DNA from: Carcharhinus longimanus
Taxonomy: Eukaryota
Direction of reading: 5' to 3'
Length of the DNA: 64,000 nt
Assembly (NCBI GenBank): GCA_030264375.1
Contig: JASCQW010000109.1
Coordinates: 69,513,404 to 69,577,403 of the forward strand
A program made the translations under genes and the position numbers. This document shows positions 11,522 to 22,549 of this stretch, piece by piece (position 1 is the stretch's first letter; every line of letters starts with the position of its first letter). Below the pieces are notes generated by a model. The model searched no databases and was not told where the DNA came from. It saw nothing but the letters and a program-made list of their open reading frames with translations.

Positions 11522-12627
11522 AAGGTAAGTACTGGCATACAGGATCAACCCATACAATCCATACCTCCAAAGGAGAAGAGCACATTGCGCGTTTGCACTT
11601 AATATTTTACTCCCTTTTCCCGGTTTAATTCCTTGACATTCTTGGACCATTAACAGTGAAATTTAACTTTGGTGAAATGCATGAGAATTCCACCACCACC
11701 GTAGAAAAGAAAGTCGGCGAGTTTTGAAGTGAATGTGGAAATAAAAATTTCTGTATTTCACAGGGAAGCAATTGGATAAATAGGCGACATTAATAATCGA
11801 ATGCACGATTCCACTAAAGGCAAGGTGCATTTATCTTCAGAAATTTCGTATTTATATCTTTGGAGTGATATAAACACCATGTTGAAATGATTTGACATGC
11901 AAGAGGGTGCACGAGAATAAGTATATGGCAGACATAGATAAGTTACCATCCTGGCGAATTCTAACATGGAGCAAAATATGATAGTGAAAGTTTGAATTTT
12001 CTCTATGATTTTTGTAATAAATTGGCTTGATTGTTGATGAGATTTGATTTGATTTATTATCGTCACGTGTATTAGCAAGAATGTGAATATATTGTGCAAG
12101 CAACAATTTATACTTCATGGGAAAGCATTGATTTTTTTTGGCAACGACTCCTAGACACACAGAATTCTCTGCTGATAAGAGATATGTTATTGCTGTTCCT
12201 TTATTGTGGCATTTTTGGAAAGTGTCCACCGTGGTACAAGGAGAAAAACGTCGACTTGTCTCCTTTTCAGAAACATATAATATTGGCAATATCATCTAAA
12301 TTCAAAATTAAAACGAACTCAGAAATGGGACAAGGCGAAAAATTCTTTCAGCCCCTGTCAATTAATCATAACATTAGACTCTCTCCCCTACGCTATCGCC
12401 ACAGCCCTCCTTGAGTCGCTATCATCTGCATGTCTGATTGCCATTTGAAAGTCATGAGGAATCTGACTCCTTTCTGATATGATCAAAGCATAAAACTTTC
12501 TGAAAGTTCCACTATTATCCCAACTCTCTGTCTTCTATTAATTAGCCAATCCTCTACCAAATGCCAATATACTACCCTAATCTCCATGGGCTCATATGTC
12601 ATTCAGTAGTCTGTTGTGCGATATCTT

Positions 12628-12960
12628 ATAAGAACATAAGAACATAAGAAATAGGAGCAGGAGTAGGCCATCCAGCCCTTCGAGCCTGCCCCGCCATTCA
12701 ATNNNNNNNNNNNNNNNNNNNNNNNNNNNNNNNNNNNNNNNNNNNNNNNNNNNNNNNNNNNNNNNNNNNNNNNNNNNNNNNNNNNNNNNNNNNNNNNNNN
12801 NNAGCCTAGTTTATTCAGCCTCTCCTCATAGCGCAACCCCCTCAACTCTGGTCTCAGCCTAGTAAACCCCCTCTGCACTCCCTCCAAGGCCAAAATATCC
12901 TTGCGTAAGTACGGCGACACTTTGCGCATTACAGGCCAGTATGCATAACAGAGTTTTCGT
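12628..12960 (-). mobile_element. Young CR1 LINE 3' end spanning N gap 12703-12802
   Basis: (ATAAGAAC)n tail; ORF peptide SPYLRKDILALEGVQRGFTRLRPELRGLRYEERLNKLG is the CR1 ORF2 C-terminus. Confidence 0.9.
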
Positions 12961-13451
12961 GAGCATTGCGCTATTAGGAGGAAGGAATCTAAGTTATGAA
13001 ATTATAGAAGTAGCAATGGGAGGGGTGTGGGGAATGCGGCAATGGAGAAACATTGAACAGAGTTGAGAAGGAGAACTCAGTTGGGAAATGGATCTATTGG
13101 TGTTTCAATGCAACCTATTAACTTGCCATCATGCCTTAATGTGGTTTCCTAATTTACCGGGACAGACATTCACATACGTTTATTTTGACAAATTGCTGTT
13201 AAAGTTATCACTATACACAAGGTAAAATCTTCACACTTGTTAACTATGTTTTAAGTGCAAATGGGGTGATATTATATTCCATGACTAAGGGCTGGATTTC
13301 TGTGTTTTGCAAGTTAGCAAAGCGTTTCCTTTTCCTAGGAGATTTATACAATATGCAGTGGTTTGGCAGGGGTTGCGGTATATTCACTTCTAAATAGCCC
13401 ACAAGGAGGAATAAACTGAAAGGTAATGATTCTGCAGTCGACCTTTGTTAT

Positions 13452-13747
13452 GGGCAACATAGTGGCACTATGGTTTGTATAAGTGCCTCAGCGCCAGGAC
13501 CGGGTTCGCTTCCCGGCTTGGGTCATTGTCTGTGTGGAGACAGCACATTTTCCCCTTGTCTGTAGGGTTTCCTCGGGTGCTCTGATTTCCTCCCACAGCC
13601 CAACATGCTGGTTTGGTGCATTGCCATGCTAAGTTGGCCTTCAGTGCACGTGAACAGACACCGGAGTGCGGCGACTCGGGGATTTCGCAGTAACTTCATT
13701 GCAGTGTTAAACTAAGCCTACTTGTGGCACAAATAAACAAACTTTAG
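13452..13747 (+). mobile_element. tRNA-derived V-SINE (shark HE1-like body)
   Basis: A/B-box-like head (GTGGCAC...GGTT; GGGTTCGCTTCCC), core GGGTTTCCTCGGGTGCTCTGATTTCCTCCCACAG, tail ...AAGCCTACTTGTGGCACAAATAAAC. Confidence 0.8.
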
Positions 13748-13769
13748 TAAATCTGTGTAATATTTTATG

Positions 13770-15290
13770 TATCATATATTGTATTGGAATGATGCTATAG
13801 ATTCTAGAAGTATTCCAATGGTAGTAGGGTAGTGAATGTCACCACATTTAAAAAAAAATGTAGGGAGAGAGAAAACGGGGAGTTATAGACCAGTTAGCCT
13901 GATATGGGTGGTGGGGAAAATGCTGGAGTCAACTATTGAGGATGTAATCACTGAGTATTTGGAATGCAGTGTCAGGATCAGTTCAAGTCAGCATGGATTC
14001 AGTAAAGTGAAATCGTGCTCGACAAATCTTCTGGATTTTTTTCATAATGTGACCAATAGAATGGACAAGAGCGAACGAGTGGATGTTGTATTTCTGGACG
14101 TTCAAAACACTGTTGACCAGATCCCACAACAGAGATTAATGAGCAAAGTTAAATCTTAGGGTATTGAGGGTAATTAATGTATTGACGTGAATAAAAAACT
14201 GGTTGGCAAACGAATAATAAAGAGCGTGAATAAACGGCTTCTTTTCAGAATGGCAGGCAGTGACTAGTGGGGTACCGCACGGTTCAATGCGGGGACCCCA
14301 GCTGTTCGCAATATGTGTTAATGATTTGGAGATAGGAAGTGATTGCATTATCTCCAAATTTGCAGAAGACACTAAGCTGAGTTGCAGTGTGTGCTGTGTG
14401 GAGGATGCTAAGAGGCTGCAACGTGACTTGGACAGGTAGACTGAGTGGACAAATACCTGACAAATGCAACATAATGTGGATGAATGTGAGGTTATCTACT
14501 GTGGTGGCAAAATAGGAAGGATGATTATTATTTGAATGGTGGCAGATGAGGAAAAGGGGGGAGTGAACAGTGACGTGGGTGTCATGGTGGAACAGTTGGT
14601 AGAGGTTGGCATGCAGGTTCAGCAGACGGTGAGGAAATCTAATGGCATGATGGCCTTTATAGCAAGAGAATTTCAGAATAGGAGTATGGATGTCTTGTTG
14701 CGTTTATACAGGGCTTTAGTGAGGCCACTCCTTGAGTACTGTGTGCAGTTTTGACCTCCTTGTCTGACGAATAACATTCTTGCTATTTAAGGAGTCCAGC
14801 AAAGGTTCACCAGACTGTTCCAGGAATAGCAGGACTGACGTATGAAGAAAGACTAGAATAACTGGCTTGTTCTGGAATTTCGAAGAATAAGAGGGGATCT
14901 CACGAGAAACATATAAAATCCTGCTGGGACTGGGCAGTCTGGATGCAGGAAGAATGTTCCCGATGTTGAGTAAGTCCCAGAAGTAGGGCTTACATTCTTA
15001 GAATAAGGGGTAAGTCACTCAGAAAAGAGATGAGGGAGAACTTTTTCACTCAGAGATTTGTGAGCCTGTGGATTTCTCTACCACAGGAAGCTGTGAGGGC
15101 CAATTCGTTAGCAATGTTCAAGACGGAGCTGGACATGGTCCCTGTAGCTAAAGGGATCAAGGGGGGTAGAGAGAAAGTGGGAGTGGGATACTGAAAGTAC
15201 ATGATCAGCCATAATTATATCGAATTGTGGTGCCGGCTCGAAGAGCCGAATGACCTAATCCTGCGCCTATTTCCCATGTTTCTATGTTTA
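13770..15290 (+). mobile_element. 5'-truncated CR1 LINE (decayed ORF2 reverse transcriptase plus 3'UTR)
   Basis: YRPVSL, QHGF..KSCSTNLLDFF, GVPHGSMRGP, FAEDTK, LYRALVRPLLEYCVQF motifs with stops and frameshifts. Confidence 0.92.
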
Positions 15291-15309
15291 ACCGACCAGT
15301 TCCCAGTAT

Positions 15310-15800
15310 CTGTTTTGCGTGTTCTGAACGAGATGGACTGCTTGCTGGTTTTGGTCATTGCACTCAAGGTGATGCACAATGCATCAATTGTCAAAGAATA
15401 AATGCTGGAGAGTGAAACCAAGTCACACACAGATAATTAAAACTAATAACCAAGATGAGGCAATCTAACCACCGCCGCTTGACATTAATTGGTGATATAA
15501 TTAATGAACTCCCCATGGTCAAAATCCTTATAATACCATTGACCAGTAACACAACAGGACTCACCACATAAATGCAATGGCAGCAAGAGCAAGTCAGGGG
15601 CTGGGAATACCGACTTCCGGACTTTCCAAAATCTGTCCATATCAACAGGGCACACGTTAAGAGTGTGATGGGATATTCCCCAATTGCTTGGAGGGGTGCA
15701 GCTCCAACAACACTCAAGAAGCTTGACATCATCCAGGACAAAGTAACTCTCTTGATTCACACCACATCCACAAATATCTATTCCGTCTACCGGGTTGTCA
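15310..15800 (+). mobile_element. CR1/L2-group LINE ORF2 C-terminal fragment
   Basis: Peptide RAHVKSVMGYSPIAWRGAAPTTLKKLDIIQDK; related fragments at ~35300-35560 (+) and ~52300-52620 (-). Confidence 0.65.
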
Positions 15801-16029
15801 CAACTTGTAACACACACGCGTAACGAACTCCTGTCACAAGACTGGCCATTTAACTGTCAGTTGTTTAGCAGCAATCTCTTGCACAAAAGCTTTCCCCACT
15901 AATATTGGATTATTGGAATTTGTGTGTTGCAAGCAAGGCAATGTTAGTTGCCCGGTAAAATGAATAGATTGATTGTTAATCACAAAAATGAAGTAAATAA
16001 TATCAGAAATATCGAGGAAAATACGAATT

Positions 16030-16220
16030 AATGTTGCACAACGGAAAATGCACAACGCAATTCCTCCGGAGCTCAGTAGAGGCACTGTTGCTTTAAGATA
16101 CTGTGATTTGATTATTGGCCGAGTCCCTTTGTATCCCTGTCTACCAATGAAATGCAGAGATGTGGCCGGAGATCCAACACCACTCCCCATACACCACGTA
16201 CTGCGCCCCGCAGTATTACG
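16030..16220 (+). promoter_or_regulatory. cPcdh promoter P2 (CSE variant TATCCCTGTCTACCAAT)
   Basis: GTTGCACAAC 16033, CGCAATTCC-N5-AGCTCAGTAGAGGCACT from 16056, ATTGG 16114, CCAAT 16144. Confidence 0.85.
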
Positions 16221-16450
16221 AACATTCATCTTTCACGCTCCATACTCGCATCGGAGAACGGGAATATAATTCTCAGGGCATTTATAAATGATTTTGGAAA
16301 TCGTGACGAAAAGAATCTCAGCGGCAGACATTGAATTTTGCATTTCTTCTGGATAAGCAAGGTAATGAACAAATACGTTCTCAGCCAATATCAAGGCGCG
16401 GATAATTCATGAGAGATTCTATCAGTTATATTCGCAAAAGTATGTGCAGA

Positions 16451-18919
16451 ATGTCATACTGGATAAAGAGTAAATTGAAACAATGGTCTATTCTTTATCT
16501 GATAATAATATACATTGCGGTTTCAGTCTGTTCAAAAATTCGCTACTCTATACCGGAAGAATTGGGGGTTGGTGCCTTTGTTGGGAATATTGCTACGGAC
16601 TTGGGATTAGATGTTAAGCAGCTATCAGGGCGTAGACTTCGAATCGAAACTGGAGGCAAAAAACAATATCTAGAGGTCAACTTCGACACTGGAGCTCTCA
16701 TTATTAAAGAGAACATTGACAAAGAGCAGCTGTGCGAGCACGGCCTCCCATGTGCGCTGACATTACAGGCTGTGATTGAGAAACCGTTAAAGCTATATCG
16801 TGTAGAAATTGAGATTCTCGATATAAATGACAACGCTCCCAAGTTCAAGACAAGCGAGTTAAATATTGAAATCCCAGAGTTGCAGCCAGCAGGAACGAGC
16901 TTTCCGCTGCAGAGCGCGATTGACCCGGACGCCGGAACCAACAGTGTTCGCTCCTACCAACTGAGTTCAAGCGAATATTTCACTTTGAAAACGCAGTCAG
17001 ACAGTGAACAAAATTACGTCCCTGAGCTGGTATTGGAACGACCGCTCGATCGAGAGCAGCGTGCAATTCACCAGTTAACCCTGACGGCATTTGACGGTGG
17101 AACCCCGAGTAAATCTGGAACCACCCAAATTAAAATTACTGTGCTTGACGTGAACGACAATGCACCATCTTGCGAACAGAATATCTATCAAATCACCACG
17201 GCCGAAAATGTACCTCTAAATACTTTGCTTGTGAAAGTTACTGCGATTGATCAGGACGAAGGTCTAAACGGTGAGATAATGTATGTTTTTAGCGATCAGA
17301 CATCTGATAATGTGCGTGAGGTGTTTAGCTTGGATTCAATAACAGGAGAAATCAGAACAGCCGGCGTTTTGGACTTCGAAAAAGCAGACAGTTATCAGAT
17401 TTCCGTACAAGCTAAGGATAAAGGTACACGTTCACTATCAGTATACTGCAAAGTGTTGATAAAGGTGACTGATGTTAATGATAACCCCCCAGAAATAATG
17501 ATAACTACTACATCAAACTCTATTCCAGAGGATGCTGCCAAGGATACAGCAGTAGTCCTTTTCCAAGTTACGGATCCAGATTCTGGTAATAAGGGAAGTA
17601 GTTATTGTCGAATCACCAGAGACATCCCATTTAGTATCCATAGGCCTTTTAATAATCACTACACGTTAGTTACAGACGGCGAGTTAGACCGTGAAGAAGA
17701 GCCAGAGTACAACATTACCATTGTATGCATGGACACGGGCTCCCCTCCACTCTCGGCCAATAAAACGATCCAAGTTCAAGTCTCTGACATAAATGACAAT
17801 GCGCCACGTTTTACGCAGCCTTCTTTCACCATGTATGTAACAGAAAATAATGTTATTGGTTCTTCAATTGGTGCTGTGTCAGCCTATGATCCCGATTTTA
17901 ATCAAAATGCTGAATTGTTGTATTCTGTTTTGGATATCCTGATACACGGTTTACCTGCAACCACATTCATCTCAATAAACCCAACCAGTGGTGAGATATT
18001 TGCACAACGCTGTTTTGATTTTGAGCAATTAAAACAATTTCAGTTCCATGTACAAGTGAAGGATTGTGGATCCCCTCCTCTGAGCAATAACGTAACAGTG
18101 AATGTAATCATCATGGACCAGAATGACAATGCCCCTGTGATCGTGTCACCTCTGTCAAACAAAGGGTCTGCAGCAGAGGACACAATACCAAGATCTGCAG
18201 AGCCAGGTTACTTGGTTACAAAAGTGACAGCCACTGATGCCGATTCCGGATTAAACGGTCAAATTGTTTACCAACTCCGTCAGCCGACGGATGTAAGCTT
18301 ATTTACTGTGGCTTCAGAAACAGGAGAAATTTGGACGATTCGTCACTTGGGTTATAAAGACTCATTCAGGCAAAAAATCGTAATTTTGGTGGAGGATAAT
18401 GGAACGCCGTCCCTTTCTTCAACAGTCACCATTAATGTGTCAGTACAGGATGACGACACCGAAAATGCTTCTAATATCGGCACTTTGAGGAATGCTGGAC
18501 CATGGAAATACGATTTGAAATTTTATCTGATGATGATTTTTGGCTCAACCTCTTTCTTGCTGCTCGTGGCGATTATTATTCTCGCTATTAAGGTGCACAG
18601 AGGTAGAAATGAAATTAAATCTTGCTACTGCTGTTGGCAGTCGTCTTATTTTTCGAGAAACGATTCATCCCATGGAATCCAAAAGGCTAGTGCGAGTATT
18701 CAAATTCCACCCAATTACACAGAGGTGTATGAAAGCGGGGCCCTCCAGCAAACACTTGACTATGGCGCATGCCAAAATTCTGCCTTGAATGATTTTACCT
18801 TTCTACAATTACAAAATATGGCCATGACAAGGACTGACATCGTGAAAGGTACATTTCACCTCGGAGAAATTGGAATTGCATCAAACCCTTCACACAATGA
18901 TACAACTAAATTTCGGGAG
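16451..18919 (+). CDS. pcdh: Clustered protocadherin variable exon V2, intact (signal peptide, 6 cadherin repeats, TM helix, variable cytoplasmic domain)
   Basis: Open frame 16409-18934; DxNDN/DRE/DxD motifs; TM FYLMMIFGSTSFLLLVAIIILAI; phase-0 donor GAG|GTAAGT at 18919/18920. ATG 16451 chosen by homology to the other units; in-frame ATGs also at 16409 and 16442. Confidence 0.95.
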
Positions 18920-18994
18920 GTAAGTGTTATATAAGTGAAATGCCAAACGGCTAATGTGATATGTTATTGTCAATAGCGGGTTTTAATAATTCTG

Positions 18995-19100
18995 AAATAA
19001 AAAATACAACATGCTGAAATCGCTCAGCAAGTTTAGCATCCGTGTGGAGAGACAAGCAGAATTTATGTTTCAGTTCAATGACCTTCGTCAGAACTGGATT
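18995..19100 (-). mobile_element. Penelope-like element terminal-repeat fragment with minimal hammerhead motif
   Basis: Minus strand reads AGTT-CTGACGA-AGGTCATTGAACT-GAAA-CATA-AATT; a related decayed fragment lies at ~56560-56680. Confidence 0.6.
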
Positions 19101-20498
19101 ACCTGGAGTGTAGGAATTTTTTAATGTTTACTGGGAGTCGGTGTGAAAGAATCAACTACAAGGTCTGTGATCAGGTAGAACTTACGGGCTATTCAGTGGT
19201 TAATGTTAGGATAGCGCAAGGCAAATTAAAGAGATGATAATAGAGCAATAACAAAACATGCGTCCAAAGAGATTGTACATGGCAGAACATAATACAAATC
19301 ATCAAATTGAGTTTTTTGGCCGTCATGGACCAGTTCGGACCGAAGGGTCTGTCTCCGTGCCGTGGAATATATTATTCTATGATCTATAATGGTTGCCGTC
19401 CAGAAAAAATGTGAAAAGATATAGAGCTCACTGTTGAATCCGAAGTGTTACAATTGCCCATTGGCGCGATTAGATTTTATTCCTGGAGCTATTAATTGTG
19501 CTCCATTAGAACAATGCAAGGGGACAGAGTCGATAAGTCAGATTGGGAATGGAGGAGAGAATTAAAATGGTCGGTGATGAGCAGCTCTGGGTCATTTTTG
19601 TAGACTGTAAAGTTTTTTTTTGCAAAATAATTAGCCAAGCTGCGACAGGGATCCCCAAAGGGGAATTAAGTGGAGTCAATGGAACAGTTAGGGACAAATT
19701 ATTTCCACAGAGCACCAAACCAAATAGAATGAATTGCCTTTTGGGAGTGAAATTAAGAAGAATATCCGCCAAAAAAAAGGTTGTACAATTTTCAGAAATA
19801 GAAAGTGATGTTAGGTCAATTGTTGCTGTTACATGGAGGATATATACATATTTTAAAAATACTAAGCATGGAGAAATGTAGTTGATTTGGATCAGATATT
19901 AGCTATGATCTCATTGCATGATGGAAGAGGCTCATTCCTCTCATCTCTGTCCCTCCCAATGATGAGACCAAAGTGTAAGCAACAAATGCGTTTTACTGAA
20001 TTGAAAGTAGTGCAAGCACATCGTTAATGCATCAGGAACGTGTAGGTGCGTCCTTCGAGCGGGACTGCGGTATTTTTCGCCCCAAGAGCTATATTTCAAC
20101 CCATCTTGAAAACATAACGGTATTTTGGCCTCAACTGATTTCTGTGGTACCAAATCCCACAGACAAGCCACTCTCTGGGTGAATAGATTTCTTCCCATCA
20201 CAGTCCTATAAGGTTTATATCGTATCCTTAGATTACGAATTGTGTTGATAAGTCAAGGAAACAGAAAATGATTGCGAGGCTCGAATAAGAATCGTGAATG
20301 GATGTGACTTGTAAACCTATAAGGTAATTTCATTCGAAGTACCAACGAAATACATTTTAAGGAAAAAGTTGATGAACAATTAGATAATAAGCATGGGAAC
20401 CGTTGCACTGATGCTTAAGGCATCATATGGATATAAGGAAATAAGTGACATATGATGCTGTTAAACTGTCCCACCATAAAATGAGACAATGGCTGATT

Positions 20499-20760
20499 AT
20501 AGAATCATAGAATCCCTAGAGTACAGAAAGAGGCCGTAGAGTATGCACCGTCCACAATCCCGCCCAGGTCCTATTCCCGCAATCCTCATTTACCCTGCAA
20601 ACCCCCCTGATGTTAGCATGGCCAACCAACCTGAATGGCACATCTCTGGACTGTGGGAGGGAAACAGTGCAGACACAGGGAGAAAGTGTAAACTTCACAC
20701 ACACAGTGACCCGAGACTGGAATTGAACCTGGTTCCCTGACATCTGGCATAAACCACCAA
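20499..20760 (-). mobile_element. V-SINE / HE1-like SINE (partial)
   Basis: AGACACAGGGAGAAAGTGTAAACTTCACAC...CAGTGACCCGAG is the reverse complement of the SINE core; CR1-like tail TAGAATCATAGAATC. Confidence 0.8.
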
Positions 20761-20849
20761 ATTTGTCCCATATCGTGCCATAGTTATTTGGGTGACAAGA
20801 TCTATCAATCCTAGATGAAAATTTAACAACTGAGCTAACATCAGTTCCC

Positions 20850-21900
20850 ATTTTTCGAAAAGTGTTATATATTCTACTTCCCTATCCATGTCGAAATCCT
20901 TCTTCATTTCACTCAAAGAAAGCTGGACACGCTTTTAAAAGGTGGTCCCAGTTCTAGATTCAATTCCCATTGGGAATATTTTATTTCTAACCATCATAAC
21001 AGCTCCCCGATAGATCAAGTCACTTGTACCTTCTAAATTTCAGGAAGCATAGTTTGCAAAATGTCCTGTGATAATTCTATACAAATTCTGACAAATTTAC
21101 ATTCTATTCTCTCCATAGAAATTAGAACCATCCAAAAGTCAGGTGCTCAGTATTACTAGTATTTTGCTGTGTGGCCTAACCACGGCTTTGTACTGCTCTA
21201 GGACAACTTCTACCACTTGTGTTTAGTACTGTATATATAAGGCCGGTAAGTATTCAATTAGCCTTATTTTATGTGCTTGTCCATGTGATATTTGCAAATG
21301 GACCATGGATGACTTTCTGTTTCCTCACGTCCATTTTCATCTTTCTACAAATCACGTTAACTCGATACTCTTGGGTAATTGACCTCGCAGCAAGGGGAAA
21401 CATGTCTCTCCTTTCTATCCTAGCGAAGCCATTCAGAAGATCGTATATTTAAATTGGTCACACATAGCCTCTTGGTCACACACATTATCTCTTCTAAGAA
21501 AAACAACTCTAGCTTATCCAATCTCTCTTCATGCTGTAGTTTTCAAGCTGTGGCAAAATTCATGTAAATTTTCTCTGCAGTCTCAACAGAGCAATTATGT
21601 CCTTCCTGTAAATGGTGGCGAAAACTGATCACACATGTCCAGCTGTAGTTTAACCAGTGTTTTATACAGTTCAATAATAACATTCCTGCTGTTGCATTCA
21701 ATAATTTGCCAAATAAAGGAAAATGTTGCATATGCTGTCTTGACCACCTTGCTCACCATTTTGCCACTTTCAAGGATCGGTTGTCATATACTTCAAGGCC
21801 TCTCACTTCCTCAACTCAACCTACTATCTTCCTGTCCATTGAGTTACATCATTTGCCGGTTCACTTTAACTAGATGTGTTTTCATGACCTCATAATTGTC
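20850..21900 (-). mobile_element. Old degraded CR1 fragments
   Basis: Patchy similarity to the CR1 RT C-terminus (e.g. HFPLFGKLLNATAGMLLLNCIKHWL region). Confidence 0.55.
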
Positions 21901-21994
21901 TCTATTTTTGTCTAATATATTAGTCTTCAACCCACAGTTCTCTCCCTGAAACTGAATGTCAATCACAGAAGCATAGAAGATAGGAGGAGGAGGC

Positions 21995-22549
21995 TCTAGT
22001 CAGACCACATTTGGAGTACTATGAACAGTTTTGGGCCCCCTGTCTAAGGAAGGATGAGCTGGCCTTGGGAAGGTCCAGAGGAGATTCACAAGAATGATCC
22101 CTGGAATGAAAAGGTTGTAATTTGAGGAACAGTTAAGGACTTTAGTTCTGTACTCGGAGTTTAGAAGGTTGAGGAGGGATCTTATTGAAACGTACAGGCT
22201 ATTGCGAGGTCTGGGTAGAGTGGATGTGAAGAAGAAAAATTAGAACCAGAGGACACAACCTAAGGTGAAGGGGGCAATCCTTTAAAACAGAGATGAGGAG
22301 GAGTTTCTTCTGCCAGAAAGTGCTGAACCTGTGGACTCTTTGCTGCAGAAAGCTATGGAGTCCAGGTCATGAAGTGCCTTTAAGACAGACATAGACAGAT
22401 TCTTGATTAATAGGGGGATCAGGGATTATGGAGAAAAGACAGGATAATGGGGATGAGAAAGAAAACCAACCATGATTGGATGGCGGAGCAGACTCAATAG
22501 GCCGAGTGATCAAATTCTGCTCCTGTGTCTTATGGTCTTATGGACTTAT
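21995..22549 (+). mobile_element. CR1 3' fragment nested inside an oppositely oriented CR1
   Basis: CTAGTCAGACCACATTTGGAGTAC...tail TCTTATGGTCTTATGGACTTAT; AGGAGG on both flanks. Confidence 0.85.

Larger units (their letters stand above)
3520..11990 (-). pseudogene. Putative decayed multi-exon gene with PKD-, C-type-lectin- and WSC-like segments (polycystin-1-like)
   Basis: Minus-strand AG/GT-bounded exon-like blocks (11857-11565, 7677-7552, 5917-?, 5303-5204, 4843-4574, 4125-?); manual translation gives WSDARDSC (5753-5730), KYLWTVLD...SIFY**TSSGEIR and Cys-spaced WSC-like peptides, all with stops or frameshifts. Domain calls by eye only. Confidence 0.5.

Noticed and set aside
13452-13520. 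tRNA-like A/B boxes (also ~53320-53384)
   Set aside because: SINE heads continuing into SINE bodies; no cloverleaf, so not tRNA genes.
16543-16941. Recurrent antisense ORFs over EC1-EC2 (also 1729-2220, 39230-39436)
   Set aside because: Shadow frames of paralogous coding sequence; no independent evidence of coding.
17075-17110. Possible exonic CTCF site or antisense promoter as in mammalian Pcdh-alpha
   Set aside because: The LTAFDGG-coding sequence is only a weak match by eye; not supportable without a PWM scan.
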